A stretch of DNA of 64,000 bases, taken from the NCBI GenBank assembly GCA_009843865.1, contig VYCQ01000023.1:144092-208091 (forward strand), read 5' to 3'. Both the position numbers and the translations under genes were made by a program. Numbering within the stretch: position 1 is the first letter of the stretch; every line of letters begins with the position of its first letter. The notes beneath the pieces were generated by a model. The model worked only from the letters and a program-made list of their open reading frames with translations. It was not told the DNA's origin and made no database searches. Shown here piece after piece: positions 8,326 to 20,156 of the stretch. Origin of the DNA: Acidimicrobiia bacterium (GTDB lineage: Bacteria > Actinomycetota > Acidimicrobiia > Acidimicrobiales > Bin134).

Positions 8326-11300
8326 GCGCAGCTGCCATGATGGCTGCTTCGGCGCTAGTTCCTGCGCGCTCGGCTTCGGTTACAGCAGCCAATACCCTCT
8401 TGTAATCTCCTGGCATAACCTTGACAAAGGCAGCAGCTTCGCTAATCCAATTAGCCAAGATGCGTTCAGCTAGCACCGAATCGGTGCTAGTCATGTGTGT
8501 GGTGATACGCTGCCGTAGCCACTCCATATCCTCAGCGTCAAGTGCTTCTAACTCCACCATTGCTCGGTTGACCTTGGCGGGAAATGCACCTTCGGGATCG
8601 TAAATATAAGCGATGCCCCCCGACATTCCCGCCCCAAAGTTTCGTCCGGTGGGTCCTAGAATCACAGTCCTTCCCCCCGTCATATACTCGCAGCCGTGGT
8701 CGCCTACTCCCTCTACAACAGCGATGGCACCGGAGTTACGTACGCAGAAACGCTCCCCTACCAAGCCCCGCAAGTACAATTCTCCGCTGGTGGCACCGTA
8801 ACCGATCACGTTGCCCGCGATTACGTTTTGTTCGGCTGCGAACTTAGCATCGGGATGGGTGGTGACGATTATTCGTCCACCCGAAAGACCTTTTCCTACG
8901 TAATCATTGGCATCTCCGGTCAACTTCAAGGTTATGCCGCGTGGCAAGAAAGCACCGAAACTGTTGCCAGCCGAACCGGTAAAGCTAATCGAAATGGTGT
9001 CATCTGGTAGCCCTTCAGCACCCCACTTAGCTGTTACCTCTGAACCCAACATGGTGCCCACAGTGCGGTTAACGTTGCTGATGGGTAGATCAATGTTTAC
9101 GCTGTGAGCGTTTTGTAGGGCAGGTTTGGCCATGGCGATGAGCTGCTGATCTAAGGTTTTATCCAAGCCATGGTTTTGGATTTGAGTGCAGTAGCGGTCA
9201 GCGGTGGGGTCTATCTCGGGGGCAAACAAGATAGGCGACAAGTTTAGACCTGATGCCTTCCAATGATCCACAGCATCACTCATATCCAAACACTCCACAC
9301 GGCCAATGGCTTCAGCCAAGGTGCGGAACCCTAGCATGGCCAACAATTCCCGTACCTCCTCGGCTACAAACTCCATGAAGTTGATCACAAACTCAGGTGT
9401 CCCAGTGAACTTTTTGCGGAGTTCAGGGTTTTGAGTAGCCACACCCACCGGGCAGGTGTCTAAGTGGCATACCCGCATCATTACACAACCCATCACAACT
9501 AAGGGTGCGGTCGCAAAGCCAAACTCCTCAGCTCCGAGCAGCGCCGCAATCATCACATCTCGACCGGTTTTTAGTTGTCCGTCAGTCTGCACCACGATGC
9601 GATCTCGCAGGCGATTTAACAACAAGGTTTGCTGGGTTTCAGCCAAACCTAACTCCCAAGGGGTGCCAGCGTGTTTGATGGAGGTTAGTGGTGAGGCCCC
9701 TGTGCCTCCATCGTGACCAGAAATAAGCACTACATCGGCATGAGCTTTGGCCACACCAGCCGCCACAGTGCCAACGCCTAACTCAGACACCAGCTTCACA
9801 TGGATACGGGCCTTTGGGTTTGCGTTTTTAAGATCGTGGATGAGCTGAGCTAGATCTTCGATGGAGTAAATGTCGTGGTGCGGTGGTGGCGAGATCAACC
9901 CTACTCCCGGGGTAGAATAACGTACCTGCGCAATCCAAGGCCATACCTTGTATCCGGGAAGCTGCCCGCCTTCACCAGGCTTAGCACCTTGGGCCATTTT
10001 GATCTGGATATCATCGCTGTTTACCAAGTATTCACTGGTAACCCCGAAGCGGCCTGAAGCAGCTTGTTTGATAGCGGAACGGCGCAGATCTCCGTTGGCA
10101 TCAGGCACATAACGGCGGGGATCTTCGCCACCTTCACCAGTATTGGATTTGCCGCCAATCCGGTTCATAGCGATGGCCAAAGTTTCGTGAGCCTCTGAAG
10201 AGATAGAGCCATAGGACATTGCTCCCGTGGAAAAGCGAGCAACTATCTCAGAGACTGGCTCTACTTCTTCAATGGGCACCGCAGAACGTTGTTCGCTGCG
10301 AAATTGGAACATTCCCCGCAATGTGGCTAGTTGTTCCGACTGAGCATTCACCTTTTCGGTGTATTCCTTGAAGATGTCATAACGCCTCTCTTTGGTGGCG
10401 TGTTGAAGCTTGAACACCGTTTCAGGATTGAATAGATGATACTCTCCTTCGCGTCGCCACTGATACTCTCCCCCCCCTTCTAAAGTGCGGTGAGCCCGTT
10501 CATCGGGATTTTCGGGAAAAGCTATCCGATGACGCAAGCGAATCTCTTTGGCCAGCTGCGTATAGCCAATTCCTCCGAGACGGCTGACGGTACCGGTAAA
10601 ACATTGATCTACCAAGCTGTGGCCAAGCCCGATAGCTTCAAAGATTTGTGCGCCCACATAAGATTTCACAGTAGAAATGCCCATCTTGGACATCACCTTC
10701 AAAACACCCTTGTCGCAAGCCGTGATGTAGTTACGATGAGCGGCTTGGATGTTGTCGGTTGGATCAAAACCATGCAACCCTTCTTGGATCATCTGAGTGA
10801 TGGTTTCAAACACTAAATAAGGGTTTATCGCTGTGGCACCATAGGCCAGCAATAAGCAGATGTGATGCACTTCACGAGCGTCTCCGGCTTCTACTACCAG
10901 CCCAACGCGAGTACGGGTCTTTTCCCTAATGAGATGGTGGTGAACCGCAGCGGTGGCCAGCAGGGAAGGCACCGGAGCATTGTCGGCATCGACACCTCGA
11001 TCCGATAACACGATGATGTTTTTGCCAGCATCAATGGCTTGGCTCACTTGTTGGCAAATGCGCGCAATAGCTAAGCGCAGCCCCGCCCCGCCGCCATCCA
11101 CCTTATAGAGACAAGCCACCACCTCACTAGACCAGTGGGCCTTCCCCTCAGGGCCATCCACATTCACAAGATTGGCTAGTTGTTGAGCGTTGATAACCGG
11201 ATGTTGAGTGAAGATTTGGCGACAAGACTCTGGCTGAGGGTCAAGCAGATTGCCTTCTGGTCCTAGCCAGCCGCAGGTGGCGGTAATTATTTCTTCGCGA

Positions 11301-12943
11301 ATGGCATCCAGTGGCGGGTTGGTGACCTGCGCAAAGAGCTGCTGAAAGTAATCAAATAAAAGGCGGGATCGGTTAGAAAGCACGGCCACAGGGGTGTCAG
11401 TGCCCATTGAACCCAAAGCCTCCTTGGCATCTCGTGCCATAGGTGTCAACAGCAGCTTTAACTCTTCGTGGGTGTAACCAAACACTTGTTGACGCACCAC
11501 GAGCGGAGTTTCTTCAGGTTCGGGCAGAGGACGATCCACCAGATCATCTAGATCAACCTGGTTCTCATCTAGCCAGGTCTGATACGGATGGGCTGAAGCC
11601 AGCTTGGCCTTAATTTCACCGTCACGCACGATTCGACCCACAGAGGTGTCAACCAAGAACATGCGACCAGGCTGAAGTCGACCCTTTTCGATAACAGTGC
11701 CGGGGTTTACCTCCATCACCCCGACCTCAGAAGCCATAATTACTAGGTCATCCTCGGTTACCCAATAGCGAGAAGGGCGTAAGCCGTTGCGATCCAACAC
11801 CGCGCCGATGAGCGTACCGTCACTGAATACGATGTCTGCGGGGCCATCCCAGGGTTCCATCAGAGAGGCGTAGTAACGATAGTAAGCCTTGAGTTCTGCC
11901 GACATGGATTCATGGTTCTCCCAAGGTTCGGGAATCATCATGAGTACGGCCTGAGGCAGTGAATAGCCACCCATGTAAAGTAGTTCTAAGACCTGGTCAA
12001 AGCTGGCGGTATCGCTTACCCCCTCGGCACATATCGGAAACAATCGGCTTAAATCTCCAGGAAGATGTGGGGAGTTCAGCAGCGCTTCTCTAGTACGCAT
12101 CCAGTTACGGTTGCCTTGCACAGTGTTGATCTCGCCATTGTGCGAGATGAAGCGGTATGGGTGGGCCAAAGACCAGGAAGGAAAGGTATTGGTTGAAAAT
12201 CGCGAATGAATCATGGCTAACGCGCTTTTCACCCTGGTATCACGCAAATCGGAGTAAAAATCACCTAGTTGTGGCGTGGTGAGCATCCCCTTGTAAACGA
12301 TGGTGCGGTTGGACAAGCTGGCAAAATAGCCATAACTAAGCTGACGGGTTTTAGAACCTAGTGACGCGCTGGGCTCGTAATCGTCGGTCTCATACATAAC
12401 CTCATTGCGAATCCTGGTGCGCACGATGTAGCCCCGACGTGTAAGAGCATCGCTGTCTAGGTCTGGAGCTGAATAAAACGGCTGCCAAAAAGATGGCATT
12501 GTGGCCAAAGCTTGGGTGCCTAATCCATCAGGACAGGTGGGCACCTCACGCCAACCCAGTGAGGTCAGACCCTCTTGTTGGGCTATGGCATCCATAGCCT
12601 GCTGAGCCCTGAGCGCAGCCTCGCAGGTATCGGGCAAAAAACTTATACCCGTCAAATAATCGCCGACCGGAGGCAATTCAAAACCGCAGACCTGACGATA
12701 AAATTCATCAGGTATTTGAATCAATAACCCGGCCCCGTCACCGGTATTGGGTTCTGCTCCAAGTGCTCCGCGATGTTGTAAATTGCACAGTGCCCCAAAG
12801 CCACCGGACACGATTTTATGGCTAACCCGACCTTGTAGATCCACCACAAACCCAACCCCACAGCTATCATGTTCGTAGCTGGGATCGTAAAGACCTTGGG
12901 TGTCTGGTAGTTGCGGTCGCTTATTTAATGCGTTCTTTCTCAA
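8318..12943 (-). CDS. gltB: Glutamate synthase large subunit
   Basis: [55 protein letters not shown]; overlaps the gltD start. Confidence 0.98.
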   Translation of the reverse strand: MRKNALNKRPQLPDTQGLYDPSYEHDSCGVGFVVDLQGRVSHKIVSGGFGALCNLQHRGALGAEPNTGDGAGLLIQIPDEFYRQVCGFELPPVGDYLTGISFLPDTCEAALRAQQAMDAIAQQEGLTSLGWREVPTCPDGLGTQALATMPSFWQPFYSAPDLDSDALTRRGYIVRTRIRNEVMYETDDYEPSASLGSKTRQLSYGYFASLSNRTIVYKGMLTTPQLGDFYSDLRDTRVKSALAMIHSRFSTNTFPSWSLAHPYRFISHNGEINTVQGNRNWMRTREALLNSPHLPGDLSRLFPICAEGVSDTASFDQVLELLYMGGYSLPQAVLMMIPEPWENHESMSAELKAYYRYYASLMEPWDGPADIVFSDGTLIGAVLDRNGLRPSRYWVTEDDLVIMASEVGVMEVNPGTVIEKGRLQPGRMFLVDTSVGRIVRDGEIKAKLASAHPYQTWLDENQVDLDDLVDRPLPEPEETPLVVRQQVFGYTHEELKLLLTPMARDAKEALGSMGTDTPVAVLSNRSRLLFDYFQQLFAQVTNPPLDAIREEIITATCGWLGPEGNLLDPQPESCRQIFTQHPVINAQQLANLVNVDGPEGKAHWSSEVVACLYKVDGGGAGLRLAIARICQQVSQAIDAGKNIIVLSDRGVDADNAPVPSLLATAAVHHHLIREKTRTRVGLVVEAGDAREVHHICLLLAYGATAINPYLVFETITQMIQEGLHGFDPTDNIQAAHRNYITACDKGVLKVMSKMGISTVKSYVGAQIFEAIGLGHSLVDQCFTGTVSRLGGIGYTQLAKEIRLRHRIAFPENPDERAHRTLEGGGEYQWRREGEYHLFNPETVFKLQHATKERRYDIFKEYTEKVNAQSEQLATLRGMFQFRSEQRSAVPIEEVEPVSEIVARFSTGAMSYGSISSEAHETLAIAMNRIGGKSNTGEGGEDPRRYVPDANGDLRRSAIKQAASGRFGVTSEYLVNSDDIQIKMAQGAKPGEGGQLPGYKVWPWIAQVRYSTPGVGLISPPPHHDIYSIEDLAQLIHDLKNANPKARIHVKLVSELGVGTVAAGVAKAHADVVLISGHDGGTGASPLTSIKHAGTPWELGLAETQQTLLLNRLRDRIVVQTDGQLKTGRDVMIAALLGAEEFGFATAPLVVMGCVMMRVCHLDTCPVGVATQNPELRKKFTGTPEFVINFMEFVAEEVRELLAMLGFRTLAEAIGRVECLDMSDAVDHWKASGLNLSPILFAPEIDPTADRYCTQIQNHGLDKTLDQQLIAMAKPALQNAHSVNIDLPISNVNRTVGTMLGSEVTAKWGAEGLPDDTISISFTGSAGNSFGAFLPRGITLKLTGDANDYVGKGLSGGRIIVTTHPDAKFAAEQNVIAGNVIGYGATSGELYLRGLVGERFCVRNSGAIAVVEGVGDHGCEYMTGGRTVILGPTGRNFGAGMSGGIAYIYDPEGAFPAKVNRAMVELEALDAEDMEWLRQRITTHMTSTDSVLAERILANWISEAAAFVKVMPGDYKRVLAAVTEAERAGTSAEAAIMAAAHG

Positions 12944-13007
12944 AAAATATTGCGTCCTTTCTCAAAAACCCGGTGCGTCTTTGTTTGCTTTGGTCATTGC
13001 TGTTTGC

Positions 13008-14570
13008 TTAGTGCCTGAACTTTACTCGCGCTGTCCTGCGAACTCGTTCATAAGCTGCTATCACCACCAACAGGATCGCGAAAAACTCCAACCGCCCAAT
13101 CAGCATAAGCAACATCAACACGACTCGAGATGGTCGGGTAAACACTAAAAAATTGGAGGTTGGCCCCGCTTCGCCTAAAGCCGGACCCATATTACCTAGG
13201 GCGCTGATCGTGCCAGAAGAAGATGTGATCAGATCTTGACCAAGCATGGATAACACCAAAGTTCCAGCGAAAGCTGTAAACGCATAAAGCGCCACTAAAC
13301 CAGCCACCCGCTGTAGAACTGATTCAGAGAGAGCTCTGCTGCCTAGCTTTACCCGTGCTACCACATGGGGGTGCTTTACCCGTAAAAGACCTACCCTCAT
13401 GTACTTGGCCATCACTTGAGCCCGCAAGACTTTTAGGCCGCCTGCGGTGCTGCCAGTCATGCCACCCATGACCATTAACGGCAACAAAAGAGACTGTGCC
13501 CCCGCTGTCCACACTGCGAAATCTCCGCTGGTATTAGAGCCCGAGGCATTACTAAATCCAGTGCTGGTGCCCAAAGTGACGGCATTGAATAAACCATTAC
13601 GAAGGCTGGTCACAAAATTAGAGATGTCGTTTAACCAGTTCAGGCTGGCCGCAACTAATGCTGTCAGTAAGATCGCCAACAAATAAAAACGAAACTCAGA
13701 TGATTCACCATAGGCACGAGGGCTACCGGTGATAGCTCGCCAATGCAAGGTGAAGCTGATCCCGCATGCCAGCATCCCTACAATGATGATCACTTCTACA
13801 GCCAGGTTATTGAAGTGGCCAATTGAGGCATTGTAGGGAGAGAATCCTCCAGTGCTTGCGGTGGTGAAGGCATGGGCAGTGGCATCGTACAAACTGAGAC
13901 CTGCCAGCTTTAACGCCACTGCCACTGCAATTGTAAACCCGCCGTATAGCGCCCACAGACGACGAGCTGTAGAACTCACCTGTGGTGCTAAACGGCTGGA
14001 CATAGGTCCTGGAGTTTCTGCTGAGATCAGGCTTAACCCGCCCACACCTAAAAACGGCAAGATGGTTACCGCCAAAACCACCATGCCCATACCCCCATAC
14101 CATTGGATGATTTGTCTCCACATCAGCACCCCGCGCCCTACACCTTCAATTTGGCTAAGAATTGTCGAGCCGGTTGCCGTGTAACCCGAAACTGATTCAA
14201 ACAAGGCGTTGTCGAAGCTGCCGAATTCCCCCGAGAACCAAAACGGCAGGGCACCAAACAAAGACGAGCCCACCCAAGTCCAAGCCACGGTCGCAAAAAC
14301 TGTGGCTGGCGACATGTCTGGTTCTAGTCGGGTGAAGACAACCAATCCAGCGCCTGCCAACAAGGTTGCCGCAGCGCCCATTCCTAAAGCTGTTTCATTG
14401 TGGGACGTAGACGATCCCCATTCCACAAGCGTGGCTACGATCATCCCAGGTGCTAAAAACAACAACCCTAGGCCCACTACAAAGCTCACGCTGCTAGTGA
14501 CCAGCCAAGGTCGTTCAGCAAGCAGACCTCGCAAAGCCAGTGCCGGAGCCTGCAAAGCTCGTCTTTTTAT
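13008..14570 (-). CDS. trkH: Trk potassium uptake membrane protein TrkH (start uncertain, 14570-14645)
   Basis: FESVSGYTATG, QWYGGMG, STGGFS, GSTAGGLK, LGNMGP, GRLE pore motifs. Confidence 0.9.
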   Translation of the reverse strand: MKRRALQAPALALRGLLAERPWLVTSSVSFVVGLGLLFLAPGMIVATLVEWGSSTSHNETALGMGAAATLLAGAGLVVFTRLEPDMSPATVFATVAWTWVGSSLFGALPFWFSGEFGSFDNALFESVSGYTATGSTILSQIEGVGRGVLMWRQIIQWYGGMGMVVLAVTILPFLGVGGLSLISAETPGPMSSRLAPQVSSTARRLWALYGGFTIAVAVALKLAGLSLYDATAHAFTTASTGGFSPYNASIGHFNNLAVEVIIIVGMLACGISFTLHWRAITGSPRAYGESSEFRFYLLAILLTALVAASLNWLNDISNFVTSLRNGLFNAVTLGTSTGFSNASGSNTSGDFAVWTAGAQSLLLPLMVMGGMTGSTAGGLKVLRAQVMAKYMRVGLLRVKHPHVVARVKLGSRALSESVLQRVAGLVALYAFTAFAGTLVLSMLGQDLITSSSGTISALGNMGPALGEAGPTSNFLVFTRPSRVVLMLLMLIGRLEFFAILLVVIAAYERVRRTARVKFRH

Positions 14571-15871
14571 CACCGAAGCCTCAGCCGTTGTAGTTCGCCA
14601 ATACCCCAGCCCAACACCACCACAACAGGATATATTGCTAACCACCCTAGAAACATCAGCACCATCAACACGGCTCTAGCAGGTGCAGCCAGCACGGTAG
14701 CATCTGCAAATCCTGCTAGCTCTCCTAATCCTGGTCCCGCTGTAGCCAATGCTGAGAGGGCTCCCGAAACTGCGGTGAGAAGGTCTTCGCCAAAAGCAGT
14801 TACACCGAACACCCCTACTGCTGCGGCCAAGACCCAAAGGATTTGGAAGTTCTGCACACGCGTAAGCGAATCCTCTGCAACTGATGCACCCGATACCTTC
14901 ACCGGCACCACAGCTTGAGGATGAAGTTGCACCACCAGCTCGCGCCGCACGATTCCTAAGATCTCAATCACTCGCACAACCTTGAAGCCACCACCAGCTG
15001 ATCCAGCCATTGCGCCTACTCCGATTAGCATCAGCAGCAGAACTTGAGGAGCGAAATCCCAGCCGCTCCAGTCGGCTACTCGAAATCCAGTGGTGCTCAA
15101 AGAAGATGTAGCAATAAAAAAGGCTCTGCGCAACGTTTGCAGACCACCACCGGTATCTTGCCATGTCCATATCGTGAGCAGCATCGTGGATACCAAAACC
15201 AACAAGCCGTATAGCTTGATCTCGCTCGAGCGCCAAAGTATCTGCACTTGTCCTCGTATTAGCCACATCAAAGTGGCTAGGGATGTGCCCGCCAAACACA
15301 TTGCTGATGCTGCTATCCATTCGATGGTTGCCGAGTCAAAGTGGGTAAAGGAATCTTGATAGTTAGCAAAACCACCGGTGGATGAAGTTGTTAATCCAAA
15401 GGTAACAGCATCGGTGATACCCATACCTGCCAATCCGTAGGCCATCATCACTGCACCGGTGAATCCTGTATATATCAAGATCACGCGTGTAGCCATACGT
15501 GATTGTTGTCCAAATAACATTGCTCGTTGCCCACGACCCTTAGCAGTCTGGCTTAAGCGACGGTGACCCCCAAAGGTGGGCACAACCAACAGAGCAAACA
15601 GCAACGTACCCGCACCACCTATCCATTGAGTTGTAGCCCGCCAGATTAACAACCAACTAGAAAGCTCTTCTGGGTTTAGCACTCCTAAAGAGGTGGTGGT
15701 TAGCCCAGCGGTGGCCTCAAACAATGCGTCGTCCACCCTATGCACTTCTCCAGAAAGCAAATAAACAACAGCGCAAAGCAATATGGCTGAGGTTGCTGTG
15801 ATTACCATGGTGGTCAACGCCCTGACTGAAGAGCGGTGCCACCGTAAGCGAACCCTAGAAGGGTCGCTCAT
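14570..15871 (-). CDS. trkH: Second, more divergent TrkH-family subunit
   Basis: FEATAGLTTT, QWIGGAG, STGGF, GSAGGGFK; terminal GWLA instead of GRLE. Confidence 0.85.
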   Translation of the reverse strand: MSDPSRVRLRWHRSSVRALTTMVITATSAILLCAVVYLLSGEVHRVDDALFEATAGLTTTSLGVLNPEELSSWLLIWRATTQWIGGAGTLLFALLVVPTFGGHRRLSQTAKGRGQRAMLFGQQSRMATRVILIYTGFTGAVMMAYGLAGMGITDAVTFGLTTSSTGGFANYQDSFTHFDSATIEWIAASAMCLAGTSLATLMWLIRGQVQILWRSSEIKLYGLLVLVSTMLLTIWTWQDTGGGLQTLRRAFFIATSSLSTTGFRVADWSGWDFAPQVLLLMLIGVGAMAGSAGGGFKVVRVIEILGIVRRELVVQLHPQAVVPVKVSGASVAEDSLTRVQNFQILWVLAAAVGVFGVTAFGEDLLTAVSGALSALATAGPGLGELAGFADATVLAAPARAVLMVLMFLGWLAIYPVVVVLGWGIGELQRLRLR

Positions 15872-17211
15872 CCGAAAAAGCGCATCATTTCGTCTATGGT
15901 GTCAGGTCGCGCAAAGACAATGATGTGATCGCGGCCGCGAAGCTGACTACGACCTCGCCCAATTTGAGCTTTACCGTCGCGCACGTAGGCACCTATAAGC
16001 ACGTCCTTAGGTAAACCCAGCTTGCTGATGGTGGCACCATCAGCTGACGAACCAGTTTTCACCTCAGCTTCGATGATCTCAAACTCGCCTGACAAATTCG
16101 TGGCTACCTGCGTCACCCCGCCCCGCACATAACGAAGCACACCGTTGGCACTAACTGTGCGGGGTGATAGGGCTACGTCAATGCCCACATCTTGTAGCAA
16201 GGTTCGCAATGCCAAGTTGTGTAAAACAGCGATGGTTTCGCTTGCCCCAAGCGACTTGGCATACAAGCAAGCCAAGATGTTGGCATCGTCTTTACCGGTA
16301 AGGGCGATGACAGCGTCAAATTTGCCTACCTCTTCAGACTCCAAGAGCTCGGCATCGGTAATATCGCCTTGTAGTACTAGCACAGCATCTAGTTCTTCGC
16401 TGAGAGCTTGAGCTCGCTCTAAGCTGTTTTCGATCAACACCACCTCGGCGTGCTGCTCGCTGAGGCATCGTGCCAATATTTCCGCAGTACGACCTCCTCC
16501 CAACAGCATGACCCTTCGGTGGGTGCCAGCAGCTAATCCCAATAGCGGCAGCAACGTACTGCGTGCTCGTCGTTTGCAAACCACCCGCAGCACATCTTCT
16601 GGTTCTAATGTTGTATCTGCACGGGGAATTTGCGTTTCACCATTACGGGTTAGCACGGCTACTAAAAAATCCCAATCCGGCTCTGATTCTGCCGCGATCT
16701 CGGCTAAGCGACGGTTGACCCAAGGAGCATCCGGCGCTAGCTGAACACCTACTACGATCACTTCTCCGTTGGCCATCACGGTTACATCGATGGCCCCAGG
16801 ATTAGACAACAGGTCAATGATCTCACGGGCTGTTTCTTCATCAGGATCAATGATGGTGTCCACCTGCATGGCTTCTCGCAGTTCACGGGCATTCTTTTCA
16901 CGCAAAGAATGAGCTTGAATACGAGCGATGGTGCGCTCCACTCCGTGCTGACGAGCTAACAAGCATGCCAGCAGGTTCACCTCGTCACTGGCCGTCACAG
17001 CTACCAGCAGATCGGCTTTGCTTATGCCAGCTTCCCGCAAAATATGAGGATGGGAACCACTGCCCTGCACCACCAGCACATCAAGTTCTTCAGAAATGTG
17101 GTGAAGCTTTTTTTCGTCCACCTCCACCATCGATACAGTGTTACCTTCTTCACTTAAAATCTGAGCAACATAGGTGCCCACCTCTCCTGCACCCACTACT
17201 ACAATCCGCAC
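15868..17211 (-). CDS. trkA: Trk system NAD-binding regulator TrkA
   Basis: Two RCK_N/RCK_C repeats; GAGEVG and GGGRTA. Confidence 0.95.
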   Translation of the reverse strand: MRIVVVGAGEVGTYVAQILSEEGNTVSMVEVDEKKLHHISEELDVLVVQGSGSHPHILREAGISKADLLVAVTASDEVNLLACLLARQHGVERTIARIQAHSLREKNARELREAMQVDTIIDPDEETAREIIDLLSNPGAIDVTVMANGEVIVVGVQLAPDAPWVNRRLAEIAAESEPDWDFLVAVLTRNGETQIPRADTTLEPEDVLRVVCKRRARSTLLPLLGLAAGTHRRVMLLGGGRTAEILARCLSEQHAEVVLIENSLERAQALSEELDAVLVLQGDITDAELLESEEVGKFDAVIALTGKDDANILACLYAKSLGASETIAVLHNLALRTLLQDVGIDVALSPRTVSANGVLRYVRGGVTQVATNLSGEFEIIEAEVKTGSSADGATISKLGLPKDVLIGAYVRDGKAQIGRGRSQLRGRDHIIVFARPDTIDEMMRFFG

Positions 17212-17214
17212 TAG

Positions 17215-17847
17215 CTACGTCCTTGCTGATGGCTCGTTAGGCCGCAAGCTGGTTTTGAGCGATAACGACTTATTAAAAATACGCACTTTTACTTCGGTCA
17301 CCAGCGCGTCCATAATTATATCTTTTGAATGAGAAGCAACCTTCTCTACAAGCTGACACTCATAGGCTAAACCGATCACTAATGGCTTGGTTGGCCTCGG
17401 GTCGTCTAGCAAGAAAGACAGTGCTCGGTCATAGTAGCCCATACCTCGCCCAGCACGATATCCAGCTTCATCAAACAGCACCACTGGAGCAAAGATCATA
17501 TCTAACTCCTTAGCTGCTATGTACATTGTTGAATCCACATTTGGCTCATCAATACCATAACGATTGGGCACCAACGGAGTGTGGTTGTCGCTGTAAGCAA
17601 ACTGCATGGGTGCAGGATCGCACAGAACTGGCATACACACGGTTATGCCCCGCAGCCAGCAGGCACTTACCAGCGGAGCGGGATCCAGTTCACCGTCATG
17701 CACCATTGTGGCAGCCACTTTTCCAACACCGTCTAACCACTCTAGCGCAATAATTGCCTGCGCCACCGCTTCAGCAGCGCTAGTAGGGTCGGGGTGAGAT
17801 TTGCGGGCCTCCCTAGCTTGTGCCCGCATCTTGCTCAGGCTGACCAC
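17215..17847 (-). CDS. 5-formyltetrahydrofolate cyclo-ligase
   Basis: NRYGIDEP, PVVLFD, RAGRGMGYYDR, HSKDIIMD; TAATCT 6 nt before GTG at 17847 suggests a leaderless start. Confidence 0.9.
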   Translation of the reverse strand: MVSLSKMRAQAREARKSHPDPTSAAEAVAQAIIALEWLDGVGKVAATMVHDGELDPAPLVSACWLRGITVCMPVLCDPAPMQFAYSDNHTPLVPNRYGIDEPNVDSTMYIAAKELDMIFAPVVLFDEAGYRAGRGMGYYDRALSFLLDDPRPTKPLVIGLAYECQLVEKVASHSKDIIMDALVTEVKVRIFNKSLSLKTSLRPNEPSART

Positions 17848-17957
17848 CAACTCAGATTATCGCAATTGCCACAGTCTCAGACATCTTATGTGGCAGCCTT
17901 AGAAAGGCAAGTCTTGCCCCAATATTCTTGCTTCGTCAACAGATCAGGGAGTCAAAA

Positions 17958-20099
17958 GTGGACGTGGTACCGTATCTAGCTGGAATTAGTGCAATTTTGG
18001 CGCTAACGCTCGCCTTTTTCTTTTATAGATTGGTTAAGTCAGCACCACCGGGCAACGACCGCATGGTGTACTTGATGAAGGAAATCCAATCTGGAGCGCG
18101 AGCTTTCCTTAAACAAGAATACACCTGGGTGGGTGGGTTCTTGATCATCATGGCCATCTTGATCCCGCTGCTTACCGGGGTAGCACTTACTTTTGTTAGC
18201 TATATCTTGGGCGCAGTGCTCTCTGCTGGTGCTGGTTATGTTGGCATGACCGTAGCCACCATGGCCAATGCCCGTACCACGCAGGCCGCTACCCAAGGCC
18301 CAGCTAAAGCTCTGCCATTGGCTTTTAGAGGAGGAGCGGTCATGGGCTTTTCCGTAGCTGGACTGAGTCTTTTAGGTTTGGCGTGTACCTATCTGATCTT
18401 TGTGGAGTGGTTCAGCGTGGATGATCCGTTCGAAATCTTCACAGCTTTTGGTTTGGGGGCTAGCTCAATTGCTTTATTTTCCCGTGTGGGTGGCGGTATC
18501 TATACCAAGGCCGCTGATGTGGGGGCCGATTTAGTCGGCAAAGTAGAAGCTGGTATACCCGAGGACGATCCCCGCAATCCCGCCACCATTGCTGACAACG
18601 TGGGCGACAACGTGGGCGATGTGGCTGGCATGGGTGCTGACTTGTTTGAGAGCTACAGCGGATCGATCATTGCTCCAGTAGCTCTTGCTGCGTTTTCATT
18701 CTCAGTGGCTGCTAACGAGGCCAGCGAAACCTCGATGTTCTCGTCAATTGCTTCTGGGACTGATGTGACTGATCATGCAATTGGTTCAGCAGCACTCTTG
18801 TTTCCGCTAGCAGTGGCATTTGTAGGAATGGTGGCTGCCATGATCGGCTCTTTTGCCGTGCGGGGTAGCACACAAGGCGATGTCAAGAGCTTGTCGCGGC
18901 AGCTTCATATGGGCACCAACGTGGCTATGGGTTTAACCGTGATAGGAACGATCCTGGTAGGTCTGTGGTTTTTCAACGGTGATGAGTTCGACAATCCAAT
19001 GGGGCTTCCCCTCTCTGTGATTAGCGGTTTGTTGGTAGGTTGGGCCATTGGCAAAGTGGCCGAAATCTGGACTAGCGATCATTATGCTCCGGTTAAAAAG
19101 ATTGCCAAGCAGTCCGAAACTGGTCCAGCTACCACCGTGCTCTCGGGTATCAGCGCTGGCATGGTCTCGGTGGCTGCTTCGGTGATTTTGATCGGTGCTG
19201 GTGTGTTGCTGGCTTATTGGGGTGGACAATTGACGCTAGGTGATACTGGCGGTGCTGGCATTTATGGCATAGCGGTGGCTGCTATCGGCATGCTGGCCAC
19301 CACCGGCGTGGTGGTATCTGTGGATGCTTATGGTCCTATTGCTGATAATGCTGGAGGCATCGCCGAGATGTCCGAACTTGACCCTAAGGTGCGAGAAGTA
19401 ACCGATGCCCTCGACTCACTAGGCAACACAACCGCAGCTATTGCGAAGGGTTTCGCAGTAGGCTCAGCAGCGCTTACAGCTTTGGCATTGTTTAAGACCT
19501 TTGAAGTAGCGCTAAAGCTTGAAGATCCTAACTTCGCTCTGTCGTTAAACGTAGGCGAGGTGGACGTATTTATTGGCCTGTTCTTAGGAGCAATGCTGCC
19601 ATTTTTGTTTGCTGCGTTGACGATTGACGCGGTAGGTCGGGCAGCCAACAAGATGATCGAAGAAGTACGACGGCAGTTCCGCGAGATACCAGGTTTGCGT
19701 GAAGGCTCAAGTGGAGCTACCCCCGATTCTGCCCGTTGTGTCGCTATCTCTACACGAGCTTCCTTGCGGGAGATGCTCCTTCCAGGTGCGTTGGCTGTAG
19801 CCGTACCCCTGATTATCGGATTCATTGATGTGGATACCTTAGGCGGCTTTTTAGCTGGAGCTTTAGTAAGCGGTTTCGCGTTGGCCATTTTTATGGCTAA
19901 TGCTGGTGGAGCTTGGGATAACGCCAAAAAGTACATTGAAGCTGGTAATCATGGCGGCAAGGGCTCAGAACCTCACAAGGCCGCAGTGGTTGGCGATACC
20001 GTAGGAGACCCATTTAAAGACACCTCAGGGCCGTCTATGAACATCCTCATCAAAGTGATGACGATCGTATCCTTAGTATTTGCCTCAGCATTCGTTTAA
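17958..20099 (+). CDS. hppA: Membrane-integral pyrophosphatase, K+-dependent, probably Na+-translocating
   Basis: [50 protein letters not shown]; AGGGAG RBS before GTG at 17958. Confidence 0.93.
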   Translation: MDVVPYLAGISAILALTLAFFFYRLVKSAPPGNDRMVYLMKEIQSGARAFLKQEYTWVGGFLIIMAILIPLLTGVALTFVSYILGAVLSAGAGYVGMTVATMANARTTQAATQGPAKALPLAFRGGAVMGFSVAGLSLLGLACTYLIFVEWFSVDDPFEIFTAFGLGASSIALFSRVGGGIYTKAADVGADLVGKVEAGIPEDDPRNPATIADNVGDNVGDVAGMGADLFESYSGSIIAPVALAAFSFSVAANEASETSMFSSIASGTDVTDHAIGSAALLFPLAVAFVGMVAAMIGSFAVRGSTQGDVKSLSRQLHMGTNVAMGLTVIGTILVGLWFFNGDEFDNPMGLPLSVISGLLVGWAIGKVAEIWTSDHYAPVKKIAKQSETGPATTVLSGISAGMVSVAASVILIGAGVLLAYWGGQLTLGDTGGAGIYGIAVAAIGMLATTGVVVSVDAYGPIADNAGGIAEMSELDPKVREVTDALDSLGNTTAAIAKGFAVGSAALTALALFKTFEVALKLEDPNFALSLNVGEVDVFIGLFLGAMLPFLFAALTIDAVGRAANKMIEEVRRQFREIPGLREGSSGATPDSARCVAISTRASLREMLLPGALAVAVPLIIGFIDVDTLGGFLAGALVSGFALAIFMANAGGAWDNAKKYIEAGNHGGKGSEPHKAAVVGDTVGDPFKDTSGPSMNILIKVMTIVSLVFASAFV

Positions 20100-20156
20100 A
20101 CCTAATGCTACTTGTGGTGTTAGCTATCGCTGTCGCTTAGACTAACTACTCACCTC

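Noticed and set aside
19328-19936. Long antisense ORFs (also 45301-46008, 27574-28077, 14209-14679 and others)
   Set aside because: Shadow frames opposite well-supported genes, with no protein motifs
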